Notes under the pieces: model-generated | The model's database searches: none | What the model saw: only the letters and a program-made list of their open reading frames with translations | What the model was told of the DNA's origin: nothing | IMG/VR virus record: IMGVR_UViG_3300028586_000745 | Coordinates: 1-46,139 of that record | Strand: one strand, 5' to 3' | DNA length: 46,139 nucleotides | Origin: a virus | Lineage: Duplodnaviria; Caudoviricetes | Part shown: piece after piece, positions 44,559 to 46,139 of the stretch | Position numbering within the stretch: the stretch's first letter is position 1 | Layout: every line of letters begins with the position of its first letter | Program-made: the position numbers and the translations under genes

Positions 44559-46139
44559 ATGGGCACCCCAATGATTCCGTCCGTCGACTCGAGCACCTAC
44601 CTCTTCCCGACTGCGGTGATGAATGCCCTCCGTGATGCCATCGGCCAGGGCGCGGCGAATGTCACCAGACTCGCCACTTTCGGCGATTCCATGACGGCGA
44701 GCACCCAGGGCGGCTACGCCCCCTACGGAAGCCTCGTAGCGGATTACCTCGGCCTGGCTCTGTTCAACCCGTCAACCCCCGGAGAGCGGACGAGTGACAT
44801 CTCCCTCCGGCAGGGCGGTTTCGCTCCCCGTTTCACGGTCAACAACGGTGTCATCCCGATCGACACGAGTGAGTTCGCTGTGACACTGGCGGAGTCTTAC
44901 ACCAGTGGTTTCAGCCCTGCTGGAACCACAAAGGGCAACATCGGCACGTTCCTGAACGTCTCGTTCATGGGTATCGCCGTGAACCTGTACCACATCAACA
45001 ACGCCTGGACGATGGCACGTGTCGTCGCCGCCGCTGGCGCGTCACCTCAGCCGGTGGCAGTGCCCAGTTCGGGAGCAGTCGTGAGGGACATCGCGTCAAG
45101 CGACTGGTGTGGCGCTCTGCAGGTCTACATGGGTGGGTTCAACGGCGGTGACCAGGTCAAGGACGTGCAGATGATGTCCGCCCATCTCGCAACCAGCGGG
45201 CGATTCATCGTCCTGGGGATGTCGACCGGATCCTCCGGCGCCGACCCCACCCCCTACCAGGCGGCGAACAACGCCCTGGCGGCGGCGTTCCCCAACCAGT
45301 ACTTCGACATGGCCGGATACGTCATCAGCAAGGGCCTGTCCGATGAGGGAATCACACCCACGACGCAGGACAACACGGACATCGCAGCGGGAATCGTGCC
45401 GGCATCTCTGCGTCGCGCTTCCACTGACCCCCACTACAACGCCGCCGGCCAGCGCGTCATCGCCCGGAAGCTGGCGGAGCTGATCATCGAAAGAGGGTTC
45501 GTCAGAGCCAGCACTTCACAGCGCATCCCGTCCAGAGGCGTTCCCGGCACCAACCTCACCCTCTCACTCCCGACAGGCAGCGCGGTGGCATCGATCGCGC
45601 CGAACACAGCCCTGCAGAACGCCGATGCGATCTCGGTGCGTCTCATCGACATGACGATCCCGACGGTGACCGCTGCAAGCGGCTACCGTGCCCTCGTCAG
45701 TCGTTGGCAGAGCGGCAGCGGGAACTGGCAGTTCCTGCTCGCATCCGATGGCACGTTGTTCATGCAGGACGTCAACGGCAACAACGGCATCACGGGTACA
45801 CCGATCGCACCCAACGCCTCCGGGGTCATCAGCCTGCGAATGGACATCGACCGCGCTGCCGGAACAACCGCGTTCTACACCTCAACGAACAGCGGAGCGT
45901 CCTGGACCCAGTACGGTTCGACACGAACCGGACGGCCGACCACCAACGCGCTGAGCGGCAACAGCACCGCCCTTCTCCGCGTCGGAGCGACAAGCGCCTA
46001 CCCCGCGGTGGACGCCAGCAAGCTGAAGCGGATCACCATCCTCAGCGGAACAGGTGCGACGCTGGTCGACCACGACTTCACTGTCACCGACGTGGACGGC
46101 TGGACGTACGCAGGCGGAGCGGCGATCATCCCTGCCTAA
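44559..46139 (+). CDS. SGNH/GDSL esterase with C-terminal lectin/LamG-like beta domain
   Basis: ATFGDSMT (block I), GGFNG (III), DPHYN..GQ (V). Confidence 0.75.
   Translation: MGTPMIPSVDSSTYLFPTAVMNALRDAIGQGAANVTRLATFGDSMTASTQGGYAPYGSLVADYLGLALFNPSTPGERTSDISLRQGGFAPRFTVNNGVIPIDTSEFAVTLAESYTSGFSPAGTTKGNIGTFLNVSFMGIAVNLYHINNAWTMARVVAAAGASPQPVAVPSSGAVVRDIASSDWCGALQVYMGGFNGGDQVKDVQMMSAHLATSGRFIVLGMSTGSSGADPTPYQAANNALAAAFPNQYFDMAGYVISKGLSDEGITPTTQDNTDIAAGIVPASLRRASTDPHYNAAGQRVIARKLAELIIERGFVRASTSQRIPSRGVPGTNLTLSLPTGSAVASIAPNTALQNADAISVRLIDMTIPTVTAASGYRALVSRWQSGSGNWQFLLASDGTLFMQDVNGNNGITGTPIAPNASGVISLRMDIDRAAGTTAFYTSTNSGASWTQYGSTRTGRPTTNALSGNSTALLRVGATSAYPAVDASKLKRITILSGTGATLVDHDFTVTDVDGWTYAGGAAIIPA

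Noticed and set aside
1-46139. Integrase, att sites, reverse transcriptase/DGR, DNA methyltransferase
   Set aside because: No matching motifs seen in the window

Overview
High-GC actinobacterial temperate siphovirus, read in prophage gene order. A Microbacteriaceae-type host is plausible but not provable from the sequence. No integrase or att site is in the window; the integrase presumably lies left of base 1. Layout: leftward immunity pair (ImmA-like protease + XRE repressor); divergent switch region; long rightward early operon (Cro, Xis-like, antirepressor, RecE/RecT-like pair, resolvase, HNHs, SNF2 helicase, ASCH, replication initiator with iteron-like repeats, NrdH, SSB, intact RtcB RNA ligase, many small ORFs); a sigma-A-like promoter with an immediate terminator at ~20.2-20.3 kb followed by ~750 nt of densely structured, apparently non-coding sequence; HNH/cos region; split large terminase; head and tail genes with a -1 frameshift; lysis cassette; terminal SGNH esterase. 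The best candidate for something undescribed is an RNA-centred module: an RtcB ligase in a genome where I saw no canonical tRNA gene, together with a degenerate tRNA-like element (1680-1747), a large multi-domain putative ncRNA (20.3-21.05 kb), a DUF4258-like RNase-fold protein and an ASCH protein. Several cis RNA structures overlap or abut ribosome-binding sites. All product calls are by motif recognition only; no database search or folding program was run.
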